From positions 48,961 to 112,960 of the IMG/VR virus record IMGVR_UViG_3300045988_088999: 64,000 bases of DNA; one strand, written 5' to 3'. The first letter of the stretch is position 1. Each line of letters starts with the position of its first letter. Origin of the DNA: a virus. A model generated the notes under the pieces. The model made no database searches and had not been told where the DNA came from. It was given only the letters and a program-made list of their open reading frames with translations. Positions 8,442 through 18,161 of this stretch are shown here, piece after piece. Both the position numbers and the translations under genes were made by a program.

Positions 8442-9296
8442 TTACTTACCCTTGGTAACGACTGTATCGGCCCCCTGTACAGTAACCCAACCATGCTTCA
8501 GACGAGCTTCTGCTTCCTTCATCTGAATCAGCTCAGGAGTGATAGACTCGGAAAGCACCTTATTTGCATTAGCCTCGGCCTGTGCTTCAATCATCTTAAC
8601 GTCAGCTTCTGCCTGTGCCTTAACTTTATCAGTCTCTGCCTGAGCCAAAGCTGTCTGCTTATTCAGCTCTGCAATCTCTGCATCCTGTTTCGCCTGTTCC
8701 TTTGCACGAATCTTCTGCATCAGGGTATCGTCAGGCTGTGCATCAACAATTAAAGCAGAGGTGACGTTGATACCATATTCATTAGACAGCTTTTCATTCA
8801 GATATTCAGTGATTGCGGCATTAACACCAGCACGGTCATCGGAATAAATCTGCATAACACTAAACTTTGGAGTAACTTCCTTGACATAAGCAATAATGTC
8901 GTTCTGAATCTTGCTCTCCATCAAGCTTTCGCCGTTCATTCCGTTAAACTTTGTGTAAAGTTCAACAATACGATTTGCGTCAAAGCTATAGTTTACAGTC
9001 AGGTTGATAGCAATAGTGCCACCATTTGCGGGCGCATCAATGTGCCAATCTGCGTGTTCTTTAGCGCCATAATCCTCTGCACTATTAGAAAATACAATTC
9101 TCTGCTGACTAATAGGGAAGTTGGCAACGTGTTTCATGGGACTCATAAAGTGCCAACCCTGAGAAATCGTAGTCTGCTCAACACCCTTTGCAGAGTAAAC
9201 AACACCAACATAGCCGACAGGAACACGGACAACACAAGTTACCACAATAATCAGTGCGATAACTGCGGCAACAATACCAGAAATAATTTTCTTCAT
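8442..9296 (-). CDS. SPFH/band-7 (flotillin/prohibitin-like) membrane protein
   Basis: N-terminal TM helix, SPFH-like core, then an EA-rich coiled coil (AKEQAKQDAEIAELNKQTALAQAETDKVKAQAEADVK). Confidence 0.65.
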   Translation of the reverse strand: MKKIISGIVAAVIALIIVVTCVVRVPVGYVGVVYSAKGVEQTTISQGWHFMSPMKHVANFPISQQRIVFSNSAEDYGAKEHADWHIDAPANGGTIAINLTVNYSFDANRIVELYTKFNGMNGESLMESKIQNDIIAYVKEVTPKFSVMQIYSDDRAGVNAAITEYLNEKLSNEYGINVTSALIVDAQPDDTLMQKIRAKEQAKQDAEIAELNKQTALAQAETDKVKAQAEADVKMIEAQAEANANKVLSESITPELIQMKEAEARLKHGWVTVQGADTVVTKGK

Positions 9297-9398
9297 ACAG
9301 TCTCCTTTAATTTGGTTTTAGATTTATCTATTCAAAACTTATTCTCGATAATGTAGTAAACAACTACCGTAATTACCAAAAATAAGATAATCCATTGC

Positions 9399-9611
9399 TT
9401 AATGAATAACATAGACTTGATACCTCAATTTTTTATTGAGCAGAACTGCACGTTCCGGCTTAAAGGTTTTGGTATGACCATAACCATCGACCCTTTTCAT
9501 AGCATCAGCTTCATCTTCAGCAAAAACACAGATATGTGTATCATACGTTTTGCTCGGTAAAGCAAGGTAATACTGCGTCATTTTACCATATACAATATAC
9601 CAGTCACCCAA
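9399..9611 (-). CDS. small hypothetical protein (MGDWYIVYG family, paralog of 23447-23635)
   Basis: Shared N-terminus MG(D/E)WYIV.G.M. Confidence 0.5.
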   Translation of the reverse strand: MGDWYIVYGKMTQYYLALPSKTYDTHICVFAEDEADAMKRVDGYGHTKTFKPERAVLLNKKLRYQVYVIH

Positions 9612-9626
9612 AATTATTCACCGCCA

Positions 9627-9839
9627 TCAAAATAATTCATACACAGTAGTGTCATCCAATTCGGTCGTGCTGTATTCAATGAAATACGCGCCTCTTTTAG
9701 ACAACTTTTCGTCAACCTTGCGCTTTGCCTCATTAGGACTAATAGCGCAAGTGATGCAGTGTCTTACACGTTTGTTGTTATCAATGTCGTACTGAACACC
9801 AGCGACAAGGTAATATTTCTTAGATTGCATATTACTCAC
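9627..9839 (-). CDS. small hypothetical protein
   Basis: ORF of 70 aa, tandem with the 9399 gene. Confidence 0.45.
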   Translation of the reverse strand: MSNMQSKKYYLVAGVQYDIDNNKRVRHCITCAISPNEAKRKVDEKLSKRGAYFIEYSTTELDDTTVYELF

Positions 9840-10188
9840 CGCTAAGTTCCATCAGCTCCTCAACATCAGTAGATGTAACACGATAAAGAGTAGCTTTATT
9901 ATAATACGACTGGTAGCAATCATCCATAATAAGCAGAAGATTATCATAGAAGTAATAGTCTCTCGGACGGTTTACCATCTCACACATATTGACAATTTCG
10001 CCATTATCATTTACTGTAATTGTAAATGCGGTGTCATTACGAATGAAAATAAGGTAAATATGCTCGTTTAACTTTTTAATTTTGGATTCGTTCTTTTTGA
10101 GGTATGCCAAAATCTCGTCGGCATTCATCCTGTAAAGAGCATCCACTACATTATCATAGTTAAAGTCGCTAGAAATCTTAAAGTCCAT
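9832..10188 (-). CDS. hypothetical protein
   Basis: First gene downstream of promoter P1. Confidence 0.5.
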   Translation of the reverse strand: MDFKISSDFNYDNVVDALYRMNADEILAYLKKNESKIKKLNEHIYLIFIRNDTAFTITVNDNGEIVNMCEMVNRPRDYYFYDNLLLIMDDCYQSYYNKATLYRVTSTDVEELMELSGE

Positions 10189-10238
10189 ATTCGTTTATCC
10201 TTTCGTGTCGCTTGTTTTCTGTCCCTTGGAACATCTAT

Positions 10239-10267
10239 ATTATACCATACTAGACGCAGAAACGCAA
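10239..10267 (-). promoter_or_regulatory. sigma70-type promoter P1 (-35 TTGCGT, 17 nt, -10 TATAAT)
   Basis: Reverse complement reads cccTTGCGT-N17-TATAATatag. Member of the 13-copy conserved promoter family. Confidence 0.6.
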
Positions 10268-10289
10268 GGGATTCTTTGTGAACAATTTG

Positions 10290-10487
10290 TTAACTGTCGA
10301 TATTGACAACAACCTGTTTGGCCTCTTTGTCGAAGTGTACACGGCCACTCCAACGGCTCAGATGGTATCGTGTGCCGCCTAAATTGAACACAACAGGCCA
10401 ATCCTCAAGCGGCAGAGTATCGCCATAATCAGCCGCTTCTTCCTGCAAATCGACACACAAATCGTTAAAACTGATACCCATTCTCAC
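10290..10487 (-). CDS. small hypothetical protein
   Basis: ORF of 65 aa. Confidence 0.4.
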   Translation of the reverse strand: MRMGISFNDLCVDLQEEAADYGDTLPLEDWPVVFNLGGTRYHLSRWSGRVHFDKEAKQVVVNIDS

Positions 10488-11518
10488 TTAACCTCCGAGT
10501 TATCTAAAACAAACCGATTCTTTGTAGTACAGACAAAAGTTGCTGGAATAATATTCTGCTGAAGCTCAATGTTAATATCAGAAATATTATTGATTTCCTC
10601 AATAGCATCATTGATAGACTTGTTAGAATTTCGGTTAGTTGTAGCCATCATCTTAGCAAGTTCATTGCCATCATAAGCAGTATAAGTCCACTTTTGTTCA
10701 CCTTCTGGTTTATATGCCAGCATAATCTCATATAGTCTAGCAGAATACTTATGCGTAAAGTGCATAACAGTATTTGCGTTATAGTCAATCTGGCTAGTCA
10801 TATTACAATAGCTTGCGAACAAAGGGTTTAACTGAATACCAACAATCCTATCAGCACCAATTACAGGCTTATCAACGATACCATGTAATTCATATTCTTT
10901 TCCGGCGCTTGTCATAATAGGAATACGCTTGCAAGCAAGTTCCAGTAATGCGTTAATTGCGCTCCTATTTGATTGACCGCCACGGGAAGTAATGACGTGT
11001 GCGAGGTAGTCATCTAAAGAGAAATGAATTGTCAACATACCGGCATCACCGTTATATCGAAACTCGTTTGTTTTCATAAGAACGTACATGAAAGCCCTTT
11101 GTTCAACTGTGCTAAAGCTATATCGAGAGTTCTTGATAAACCGCTTACTAAGAGTAATTCTCTTTTCGTAAATCTTAGCACGGTCAAATCTAGTCCATCC
11201 GGGGTGATACTGGTTGTGTCGTTTAATCAATTCTTTAGCCTGATATTGTTGAATGATAGTAAGACTTTCGCATCGTATATTTAATACAGGCGAATGTTCA
11301 TTGATTAGATAGCGTTCAACAAGCGCAGACTTAGCTTCGGAATCTAATTCAACAAAGTAAACAGTGGACTCCTTCAATTCTTTTAGATGCTCTCTGCTGA
11401 TATTGTCACTAGGGTCGGATTCATGCTTATTGATTCTATCTCTTAGATTAGAATTGCACTTTCCGACATATAACCACGGATGAAGTGGATGAATATATCT
11501 ATATACGTAATATCCCAT
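10484..11518 (-). CDS. GIY-YIG-like N-terminal domain protein (possible free-standing homing endonuclease)
   Basis: N-terminus YVYRYIHPLHPWLYVGKCNSNLRDRINKH resembles GIY-(10)-YIG...R...H. Long C-terminal region of unknown fold. Confidence 0.4.
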   Translation of the reverse strand: MGYYVYRYIHPLHPWLYVGKCNSNLRDRINKHESDPSDNISREHLKELKESTVYFVELDSEAKSALVERYLINEHSPVLNIRCESLTIIQQYQAKELIKRHNQYHPGWTRFDRAKIYEKRITLSKRFIKNSRYSFSTVEQRAFMYVLMKTNEFRYNGDAGMLTIHFSLDDYLAHVITSRGGQSNRSAINALLELACKRIPIMTSAGKEYELHGIVDKPVIGADRIVGIQLNPLFASYCNMTSQIDYNANTVMHFTHKYSARLYEIMLAYKPEGEQKWTYTAYDGNELAKMMATTNRNSNKSINDAIEEINNISDINIELQQNIIPATFVCTTKNRFVLDNSEVK

Positions 11519-11759
11519 TAGCCCTCCTTTGCTACCGATAGAACAAGCACTGCATACCCGTTATCTTCACCAGAAGTTATCAACCAGCTAGTGATAAACA
11601 CAAGGTTGCCGAAGAAATACTTTGCCTCAGAAACTGGCATTTTACACTCAAATAAAAAGCAAGGTACATTAGTATTGTTACTTTTTACATTTACTCTTAT
11701 AATAGAGTATTCTTCTATGAGGCCCAAGTCCTCAAAGGTTTGAATAGCCTCATTTAATA

Positions 11760-12152
11760 TCATCTGTTTCCCTCACTTATAGTTGTGATTTCTGGTTCAT
11801 TATATCTTAGACACGTTTTAAAATATTCAAGGAATCGCTTATGCACATACATATCATGAATAAAAGCATTTTTAGGGATATAATGTGTATTATATGCAAT
11901 TATTCTTTTGCTTACAACATAAGTAGTTCCAGATTTATTCCTCTCAGTTGTAAGATATGGAATATATAAAGTCGTACCCAGTAGACTAGAAAAATCATAT
12001 ACTATAGTTGCAATATCACCATTTTCTTGGTCGATTATCTTGTACACATCATCAAATTTTGAAGTAAACTTTTTCTGTTCACGGAATGTATGTCCATCAT
12101 GCTCATCAACAGAAAAATCAAATTTATTAAAAATGTCAGGAAATGGCATCAT
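11760..12152 (-). CDS. hypothetical protein (tandem paralog of 12161-12580)
   Basis: Shared C-terminal block IH(D/Q)M..H..F(L/M).YF....(R/K)N.PE. Confidence 0.5.
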   Translation of the reverse strand: MMPFPDIFNKFDFSVDEHDGHTFREQKKFTSKFDDVYKIIDQENGDIATIVYDFSSLLGTTLYIPYLTTERNKSGTTYVVSKRIIAYNTHYIPKNAFIHDMYVHKRFLEYFKTCLRYNEPEITTISEGNR

Positions 12153-12160
12153 TACCTCCG

Positions 12161-12580
12161 TTAGTAAGGCTCCATATCGTTGTGTATAATGACTTCTGGT
12201 ATATTACGCTTCAATCTTCCCATAAAATATCTCATAAACACATCATGATGGCTCATTTGATGAATCATCGTATTCAGAGAGATATTATGAGGATTAGCAA
12301 CGGATAGTATAAAGTCGCCAACTTCGATACCGCCAGTATCAGTTTTAATTACCTTTTCATACGAAATTGTTAGATATTTTCTTGTCACAAAGTCTGCACT
12401 TTCATAATCCATGTTAGTGATATTGGTTCTATCGTTATCTAACAATTTTGCTATATCTTCCATTTTCATCGGTGCGTCATTCAGCGTTACTTCGCGGATA
12501 TAATAATCTCCGAATATAGAACCGCTGACTTCGTACTCAAAGAAGTTTCTGGGCATAATTATACCTCTGTATTTACCCAA
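12161..12580 (-). CDS. hypothetical protein (tandem paralog of 11760-12152)
   Basis: See 11760-12152. Confidence 0.5.
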   Translation of the reverse strand: MGKYRGIIMPRNFFEYEVSGSIFGDYYIREVTLNDAPMKMEDIAKLLDNDRTNITNMDYESADFVTRKYLTISYEKVIKTDTGGIEVGDFILSVANPHNISLNTMIHQMSHHDVFMRYFMGRLKRNIPEVIIHNDMEPY

Positions 12581-12864
12581 ATACGCTTATTAGATGTTGG
12601 GCCAAAACAAGACTCACGCTCTTTAAAACCGTACTTGGACAAGTCGCCATCGGAATCGGTTATACATACGTGAATTGCATTTTTATCAATAATTGTATAC
12701 ATGTTACCGTGTTTGAGAGGTCTATTATCATACTCACAGTATGGAAGCCAACCTTTTCTGAATCCTTTGTTAGCATCATATACTTCGTTATCGAAGTAGT
12801 TTTCGATAATCACACTATCCATTGGAACTGTATAACAAAGAACTCCTCTTACGATATTATTCAT
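12559..12864 (-). CDS. hypothetical protein
   Basis: ORF of 101 aa. Confidence 0.45.
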   Translation of the reverse strand: MNNIVRGVLCYTVPMDSVIIENYFDNEVYDANKGFRKGWLPYCEYDNRPLKHGNMYTIIDKNAIHVCITDSDGDLSKYGFKERESCFGPTSNKRIWVNTEV

Positions 12865-14327
12865 AAAATACTACCACCACTTAAATTAAATAATTCGGAT
12901 GCTTTTGCATACAGGGCATCATGTTTATTCTCGATTAAATCTAAGAAATACAGATGCAAAAGATGGTTTAAAGTTTTACGGATGCGGATACCTTCAAAGC
13001 CAATTTCCATAAGGTCATCTCCGTTAATGTCAAGGTCTTTTACAGTGAATACATTTTCGTCCTTAACATCATAGAAGATGCTCATAGAGTCGTAGCATTG
13101 TTCCCAACTGTTTGAATAGCAAGCAGGAATATTACTCTGCATCAGCATCAAATCAAGCATACGTTCTGTATCTTCTTTACCAAGTTTGTTGATAAGAACG
13201 CGCATCTTATATTTGCTCGTAGGGACAAATTCAAAAGACTGCTTGATGATACGACACACAGACTCCATAGTAGCGTTGTCGAACTTTAGGTCTTTCATGA
13301 CGTTATGTGCGATAGCACTTGCCGCAGTTGCAATTTCTTCCAAGGTCAGATGCTTGCGAATTTCGCTTTCAAACATTGTGAGATTACGGAACAGTAACGC
13401 ATAAGAAGTAATCTTATCGCGGTGATTATCACCTTCAATAAATTCATGCGCAATATCTGTATAAAGGTCGAAGCGACTCGGATTTTCTGTATATGAGATA
13501 TTTCCTGTTAGATTATTAAGTTCTGGGATAATTTCTACAAGAATATCGCTAAACTTCATCATAATATCACCGAACTTATATGTTGTAATCATCTTATCAA
13601 GTTCTGCGCGGATTCTCTCTTTAGATACACATTCCAGTTTCTTTTTGCAGACACGCATACCATAGGCCGTGTCTTCGTCAATATTGTAACCAAAGACACA
13701 AGCAAATCGCATAGCACGAAGAATCCGCAAGCCATCCTCTTGAAATCTAAGAACAGGATTGCCAACACATACAATCTTCTCTGCATGGAGACACCAGAAA
13801 CCGTTGTAGGGGTCAACAAAGCCGCGTTCTTTATTATACGCAATAGCGTTAATACTAAAATCACGTCTGCTTAAATCTTCCTCAATGGTTTTAGCGAACT
13901 TTACGCTGTCTGGATGCCGACCGTCAGAATAATCACCATCAATGCGGAACGTGGTAATTTCATACCCTACGCTATCAATCATAACAGTGACAGTACCATG
14001 TTTGATGCCAGTTTCGATAATCTGCTCATTGTTGAATACAGATTCAATCTGCTCCGGTGTTGCAGACGTGGTAATGTCAAAATCTTTTGGAGTTCTCATC
14101 CGAAGCATATCTCTGACACAACCACCTACAAGATATGCTTCATGTCCTGCATTAGATAAAGAATCTAACAAAAACATAGCGGTATTGAATCGCTTATCCT
14201 TCTCAATTTGTGCCAAACAACGCTTCTGGAACGATTCAGAAATAGCATAATTATTGCTATTTAATTTTCTACTCGTAAATCCCTCAACAGGGATAGTATT
14301 AGGTAGCTCCTGTGTTCTAAAACTCAT
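12861..14327 (-). CDS. cca: tRNA nucleotidyltransferase (CCA-adding enzyme / poly(A) polymerase family)
   Basis: YLVGGCVRDMLRMRTPKDFDITT...GTVTV...YEITTFRIDGDYSDGRHP...EEDLSRRDFSINAIA matches the class II head-domain signature GG.VRD...D.D...RRDFTINA. Confidence 0.85.
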   Translation of the reverse strand: MSFRTQELPNTIPVEGFTSRKLNSNNYAISESFQKRCLAQIEKDKRFNTAMFLLDSLSNAGHEAYLVGGCVRDMLRMRTPKDFDITTSATPEQIESVFNNEQIIETGIKHGTVTVMIDSVGYEITTFRIDGDYSDGRHPDSVKFAKTIEEDLSRRDFSINAIAYNKERGFVDPYNGFWCLHAEKIVCVGNPVLRFQEDGLRILRAMRFACVFGYNIDEDTAYGMRVCKKKLECVSKERIRAELDKMITTYKFGDIMMKFSDILVEIIPELNNLTGNISYTENPSRFDLYTDIAHEFIEGDNHRDKITSYALLFRNLTMFESEIRKHLTLEEIATAASAIAHNVMKDLKFDNATMESVCRIIKQSFEFVPTSKYKMRVLINKLGKEDTERMLDLMLMQSNIPACYSNSWEQCYDSMSIFYDVKDENVFTVKDLDINGDDLMEIGFEGIRIRKTLNHLLHLYFLDLIENKHDALYAKASELFNLSGGSIL

Positions 14328-14618
14328 TTACTCCTCCATATACGCTTTCACTGCCAAATAAAGCCGTTCTGCAATTTCATCACAGTATGCTCTATTGATA
14401 ATATTCCCAAAATATCCACGCAGATTCAGTTTAGTTTCCTTAATAGTTTGGTTGTATTTAATTTTGATAGCCTCTATCATAAGGATGTTGAGGTATAGCT
14501 GTACAGTAGTATCGCACCCATGCACCGTTTTACCATCGTGTGTTTCTTGAGCGAAATAGCGGTCTACAAGCGGCTTAACGCTGTAAGCCGCCTCAACATA
14601 AACTCTCGTTATTGCCAT
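14328..14618 (-). CDS. hypothetical protein (start revised to the internal ATG with AAGGA RBS)
   Basis: The tool's GTG start would overlap the upstream micro-ORF. Confidence 0.45.
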   Translation of the reverse strand: MAITRVYVEAAYSVKPLVDRYFAQETHDGKTVHGCDTTVQLYLNILMIEAIKIKYNQTIKETKLNLRGYFGNIINRAYCDEIAERLYLAVKAYMEE

Positions 14619-14634
14619 TGTTACATTATTCCTT

Positions 14635-14784
14635 TCACGCACATACGATTAAATAAAGAATGAGACTCACGGCAACATAAGCGAACCACCAGCCGATGAT
14701 AGCCCACCATGAAATAGAAATGAGGCCAAAAGCCTTTAAAATAGCGACAACGATTGCAATATAATCACCAATACCAAGTCTCAT
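14635..14784 (-). CDS. 49-aa hydrophobic micro-protein (below the ORF-track cutoff)
   Basis: AAGGAGG RBS 9 nt upstream of the ATG. MRLGIGDYIAIVVAILKAFGLISISWWAIIGWWFAYVAVSLILYLIVCA. Confidence 0.45.
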   Translation of the reverse strand: MRLGIGDYIAIVVAILKAFGLISISWWAIIGWWFAYVAVSLILYLIVCA

Positions 14785-14798
14785 TTTTAGATTCCTCC

Positions 14799-15104
14799 TT
14801 AGATACCGTGTTCTTCCATATACGTATTTGTGATGGAATATATTACACGTGCAAATCTAATTGCAGTATCACGCTCACAAACATCCGTGAGCAGTCCGAT
14901 AAGTAATGTCTTTACATTATCAAAACCGAATCCTGCAAGCGTGAATTTGATACCAACATAAACGATGTTTCTTACAAATGTAAGCTCAAGCCCTCTATTG
15001 ATATGATTCTTTACAACAAATTTTCTAATCGCATCGGCAACCATTTCATCACGAAGAATTTCTCCTGCGACCATTATTTGATTGATTTCCATAATATCCA
15101 CCAC
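14799..15104 (-). CDS. hypothetical protein
   Basis: First gene downstream of promoter P2. Confidence 0.5.
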   Translation of the reverse strand: MVDIMEINQIMVAGEILRDEMVADAIRKFVVKNHINRGLELTFVRNIVYVGIKFTLAGFGFDNVKTLLIGLLTDVCERDTAIRFARVIYSITNTYMEEHGI

Positions 15105-15115
15105 CTTACACCTAT

Positions 15116-15144
15116 ATTATACCAAAGAAAATCGGATTTGTCAA
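15116..15144 (-). promoter_or_regulatory. sigma70-type promoter P2 (TTGACA-17-TATAAT)
   Basis: Reverse complement reads gggcTTGACA-N17-TATAATataggtg. Confidence 0.65.
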
Positions 15145-15198
15145 GCCCTTTACGAAAAAACACTATGGTAAAATTTACCATAGTGTTGTATGTAACAG

Positions 15199-15543
15199 TT
15201 AGTTTTTACTAACCGCAAGTTTATCAACAATATTTTCGAGAGATTTAATGTTCAACTCTCGCCGTTCCTGTTTGCTACGTTCTAGCTTTAATGTTATCCT
15301 GCTCTGTAATTTACATTCATATTCAGCATCTTCGAGACAATCGGCATAACAGAATCCCCATGCTGTAACTGCCGTGTAATGTCCATCTTCGCAACGATAG
15401 ACAAATAGCGGTGTTATACCATCACGTTTGTAATATCCCAAAGCTGGGCCAAACAATGTATAACCGCCATCTGGCGACCCTTTGATTCCACAAGCAAATA
15501 CTGGATTGCTCTTTGGAATTTCTCTTTCAAATTTATAAACCAT
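15199..15543 (-). CDS. hypothetical protein
   Basis: ORF of 114 aa. Confidence 0.45.
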   Translation of the reverse strand: MVYKFEREIPKSNPVFACGIKGSPDGGYTLFGPALGYYKRDGITPLFVYRCEDGHYTAVTAWGFCYADCLEDAEYECKLQSRITLKLERSKQERRELNIKSLENIVDKLAVSKN

Positions 15544-15699
15544 GTCGGCCTCCTTAAAATGCTATCTGATACTTTGGAATTGTTTCTTTACGTACCACAA
15601 CACGTTTATTTATATACATTAAAACACTTTGTATCCAAAAGTTTAGTTTCAAAATCCTTACAATCGGGGAGGAATGTCTTTACGCAAAATTATGTTCCG

Positions 15700-16053
15700 T
15701 TATAAGCTATAAACCTTTCGTCTGTTTTCTTTTTCGCACATCAACAGATAATCCTTAAATACGGTAAGGCCAGACACTTCATCAAGAAATTCTTTTTCAC
15801 TTAGATTTTCTTTAATAACAATAGTTGCTACGAAATGTCTGTCACTACCGTCAGTTGGATTACAGAATATATCGAACATCGTAATACATACCCATGGATG
15901 GGGTGAGCGACATATCTCTGAAATCTCCTGATGATAATTGATAATCATGTCTTGAATATTATCTAAAGTAAGAACTGTATCTGGGATAACTTCTTTGCCA
16001 ACTAAATCGTCTTCGCCAAAATAGAATCTTACTTGACACATACAATGTCGCAT
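15700..16053 (-). CDS. hypothetical protein (paralog of 16066-16422)
   Basis: Aligns with the neighbouring gene (MRxxxCxxxxYxxxDDxxGxEV...). Confidence 0.5.
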   Translation of the reverse strand: MRHCMCQVRFYFGEDDLVGKEVIPDTVLTLDNIQDMIINYHQEISEICRSPHPWVCITMFDIFCNPTDGSDRHFVATIVIKENLSEKEFLDEVSGLTVFKDYLLMCEKENRRKVYSL

Positions 16054-16065
16054 CTCGACACCTCC

Positions 16066-16422
16066 TTATCCACCGAAAGGGCAAGTGATTTCTTTTTCGT
16101 TTTCTTTTAGATGTTTGAATAAATATTGTCTGAATATATCGACTTCAAACATCTCTCTCGCAACGTCATGCCTCGTTAAATGGTCGTGATGTTTTAGGCC
16201 GATGGCTATTGTCTCGTTTCGTCTGGTAACACAGCGAACAGTGATACTCGTTACTTCCCAGTCACGCCCAGTGTATAAGATGACTTCTGTAATGTTATCG
16301 CTATATCTCTTTATAAACAGCTCTAAATCAGATAAAGTAGCATATTCGGCTATGCCCACTTCTCTGCCGAGCCAGTCATCATCGTTATAGTAACATATAG
16401 CATTACATTTATATAATCTCAT
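16066..16422 (-). CDS. hypothetical protein (paralog of 15700-16053)
   Basis: Tandem duplicate. Confidence 0.5.
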   Translation of the reverse strand: MRLYKCNAICYYNDDDWLGREVGIAEYATLSDLELFIKRYSDNITEVILYTGRDWEVTSITVRCVTRRNETIAIGLKHHDHLTRHDVAREMFEVDIFRQYLFKHLKENEKEITCPFGG

Positions 16423-16563
16423 TTAGATTACTCCGACACCCTGCAATCCAAGAATTAAAGCAATAAGAATCCAAGAAACTGCTACACCGTCATACTTCTT
16501 GTGGTAGCCAAAGTAACCACTGTACGACGCAAGAATAACACACAAGATAGTATAAATATTCAT
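16423..16563 (-). CDS. 46-aa membrane micro-protein (start revised to internal ATG with AAAGGAG RBS)
   Basis: TAATG overlap with the upstream 50-aa micro-ORF. Confidence 0.35.
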   Translation of the reverse strand: MNIYTILCVILASYSGYFGYHKKYDGVAVSWILIALILGLQGVGVI

Positions 16564-16715
16564 TAGATAACTCCTTTTCCTACAAGTGCAACAGCGACTA
16601 GAAGTACGCAACCGCCAAATATAGCGTCGATAAATTTCGCATCAAGCAGTTCGTTACCAATATATACTCCAATACAAAACGGGATTACACGGTGCATCAA
16701 AAATTCATAACTCAT
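16563..16715 (-). CDS. 50-aa membrane micro-protein, translationally coupled (ATGA overlap with 16712-17083)
   Basis: MSYEFLMHRVIPFCIGVYIGNELLDAKFIDAIFGGCVLLVAVALVGKGVI. Not in the ORF track. Confidence 0.35.
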   Translation of the reverse strand: MSYEFLMHRVIPFCIGVYIGNELLDAKFIDAIFGGCVLLVAVALVGKGVI

Positions 16716-17083
16716 TTATTGCTCCATTCATTTACGTCAATATTCAATTCTCTCGACAACCAATCTGCAACAAGGTGTCTGTGACAAAAATCTTCCGGTC
16801 TTTCATAACATAGTAGAACACAGTCTGCGTTGTTACTTAATCGCTTTAGGTCATCGTATACGTTCTGCGCAACAAGCGTTGAGAGAACTTCTGAATCGTA
16901 ATGTTCGATATAATAGTTGTTGTCTTTGTTTTTCTTCCATTCTAAGAAGAATCCAATTTTGGGCGCAATCTTTTTATATTGTAAGCCAGTATACCATTCT
17001 GGTGCTTTACCAGCGATAGAGATTCTTACAATATCATCTGGAATCTTTCTTAAATTTGCATAATAGCTTGTATAAATTTTCAT
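16712..17083 (-). CDS. DUF488-family protein
   Basis: MKIYTSYY...CVLLCYERPEDFCHRHLVADWLS matches the DUF488 pattern ikiyT.G...v.LLC.E..p..CHR.lva. Confidence 0.55.
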   Translation of the reverse strand: MKIYTSYYANLRKIPDDIVRISIAGKAPEWYTGLQYKKIAPKIGFFLEWKKNKDNNYYIEHYDSEVLSTLVAQNVYDDLKRLSNNADCVLLCYERPEDFCHRHLVADWLSRELNIDVNEWSNK

Positions 17084-17502
17084 TATTCTGTATCATCACC
17101 AACTTTCTGATTATTACGAATATCATAGATACGGTCAACACTGTAGTCCATAATGTCCTTAATGGCATCGCTTACGCTATCGCTGACATCTGATGTAGTA
17201 TCGCCAACATACTCGGTAATTGCTTGAATATTTTGCGGAGTTGCAAATTTAGCAAGTGCCATCTTATAACAGGTGTCTTCTGATGGACAGAAAATACCGA
17301 GGATAATAATAACAACACCAATGATGATACCTTTAATAGATTTTTTTACAAAACTTATCAAATCGTCGTCACCAAGTGAACCACATAGGATAAGGATTGA
17401 AATAAGAACCGCCATACATCCAAAAATAATTAAAGCAATTCCGAGCGTATCTGCAATTCTAGCGAAATAGAAAAACCAAGGGCTAATAATAGGCGTATTC
17501 AT
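17083..17502 (-). CDS. membrane protein (2 TM helices)
   Basis: Hydrophobic segments. Confidence 0.5.
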   Translation of the reverse strand: MNTPIISPWFFYFARIADTLGIALIIFGCMAVLISILILCGSLGDDDLISFVKKSIKGIIIGVVIIILGIFCPSEDTCYKMALAKFATPQNIQAITEYVGDTTSDVSDSVSDAIKDIMDYSVDRIYDIRNNQKVGDDTE

Positions 17503-17819
17503 CCTAAAATCACCTCGCCATCTTCGTTTTTAATAAAGTGTGCGCTTACATCTTCAATGAATCCACTAAATCTCCGTACATATTCGTTAATAAGCCAGTT
17601 GTAGGTTGTTACAGCCTCATCGTAATTATCATAATACAGATAATTACTAGCAGAAAAACTCCCCTTTTTATCATTCGGAACAAAGCGAGCGTTCCAGTTG
17701 CGATTGTTTACTTTACCAAGAACAGGCGGCCTGTTTACTGCAATTTTGTTTCTGCCAAATTTGAACCCGACACACCAAACATCAGTGTTAAGAGGAACTG
17801 TATTGATATAGTATTGCAT
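17499..17819 (-). CDS. hypothetical protein (paralog of 19714-20079)
   Basis: Shared NT(D/S)VWC.(G/A)F...RN......PP(V/L)LG motif. Confidence 0.5.
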   Translation of the reverse strand: MQYYINTVPLNTDVWCVGFKFGRNKIAVNRPPVLGKVNNRNWNARFVPNDKKGSFSASNYLYYDNYDEAVTTYNWLINEYVRRFSGFIEDVSAHFIKNEDGEVILG

Positions 17820-17821
17820 AA

Positions 17822-18145
17822 TTACTCCATTCTATAGTTCTTTAGATATTTCACTTCTTTTGTAGCTGGCATACGACCCCGAATATGGTCATTTTGGTGT
17901 TTATCCCAGTATGAGCCGATAATTGTGTTCACATCCATTGATTCGTATTGCCGACCTCTGTACAATCTTGTTCGTCTTGGCAAATATTCATCCCACCATT
18001 CGATAAGACTGTCTCCACGAATAGCTTGACGATAAACACTAATCGTATAACCAAGTTTTAACAAATGAATCGCATAGCATCTATCAAGCGTAAACTTTTT
18101 TGTTCTGTCTACATAGTATAAAAGGGCACAAGGACTCTTTTTCAT
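17822..18145 (-). CDS. hypothetical protein
   Basis: ORF of 107 aa. Confidence 0.45.
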   Translation of the reverse strand: MKKSPCALLYYVDRTKKFTLDRCYAIHLLKLGYTISVYRQAIRGDSLIEWWDEYLPRRTRLYRGRQYESMDVNTIIGSYWDKHQNDHIRGRMPATKEVKYLKNYRME

Positions 18146-18161
18146 ATCTTAATGATACCTC

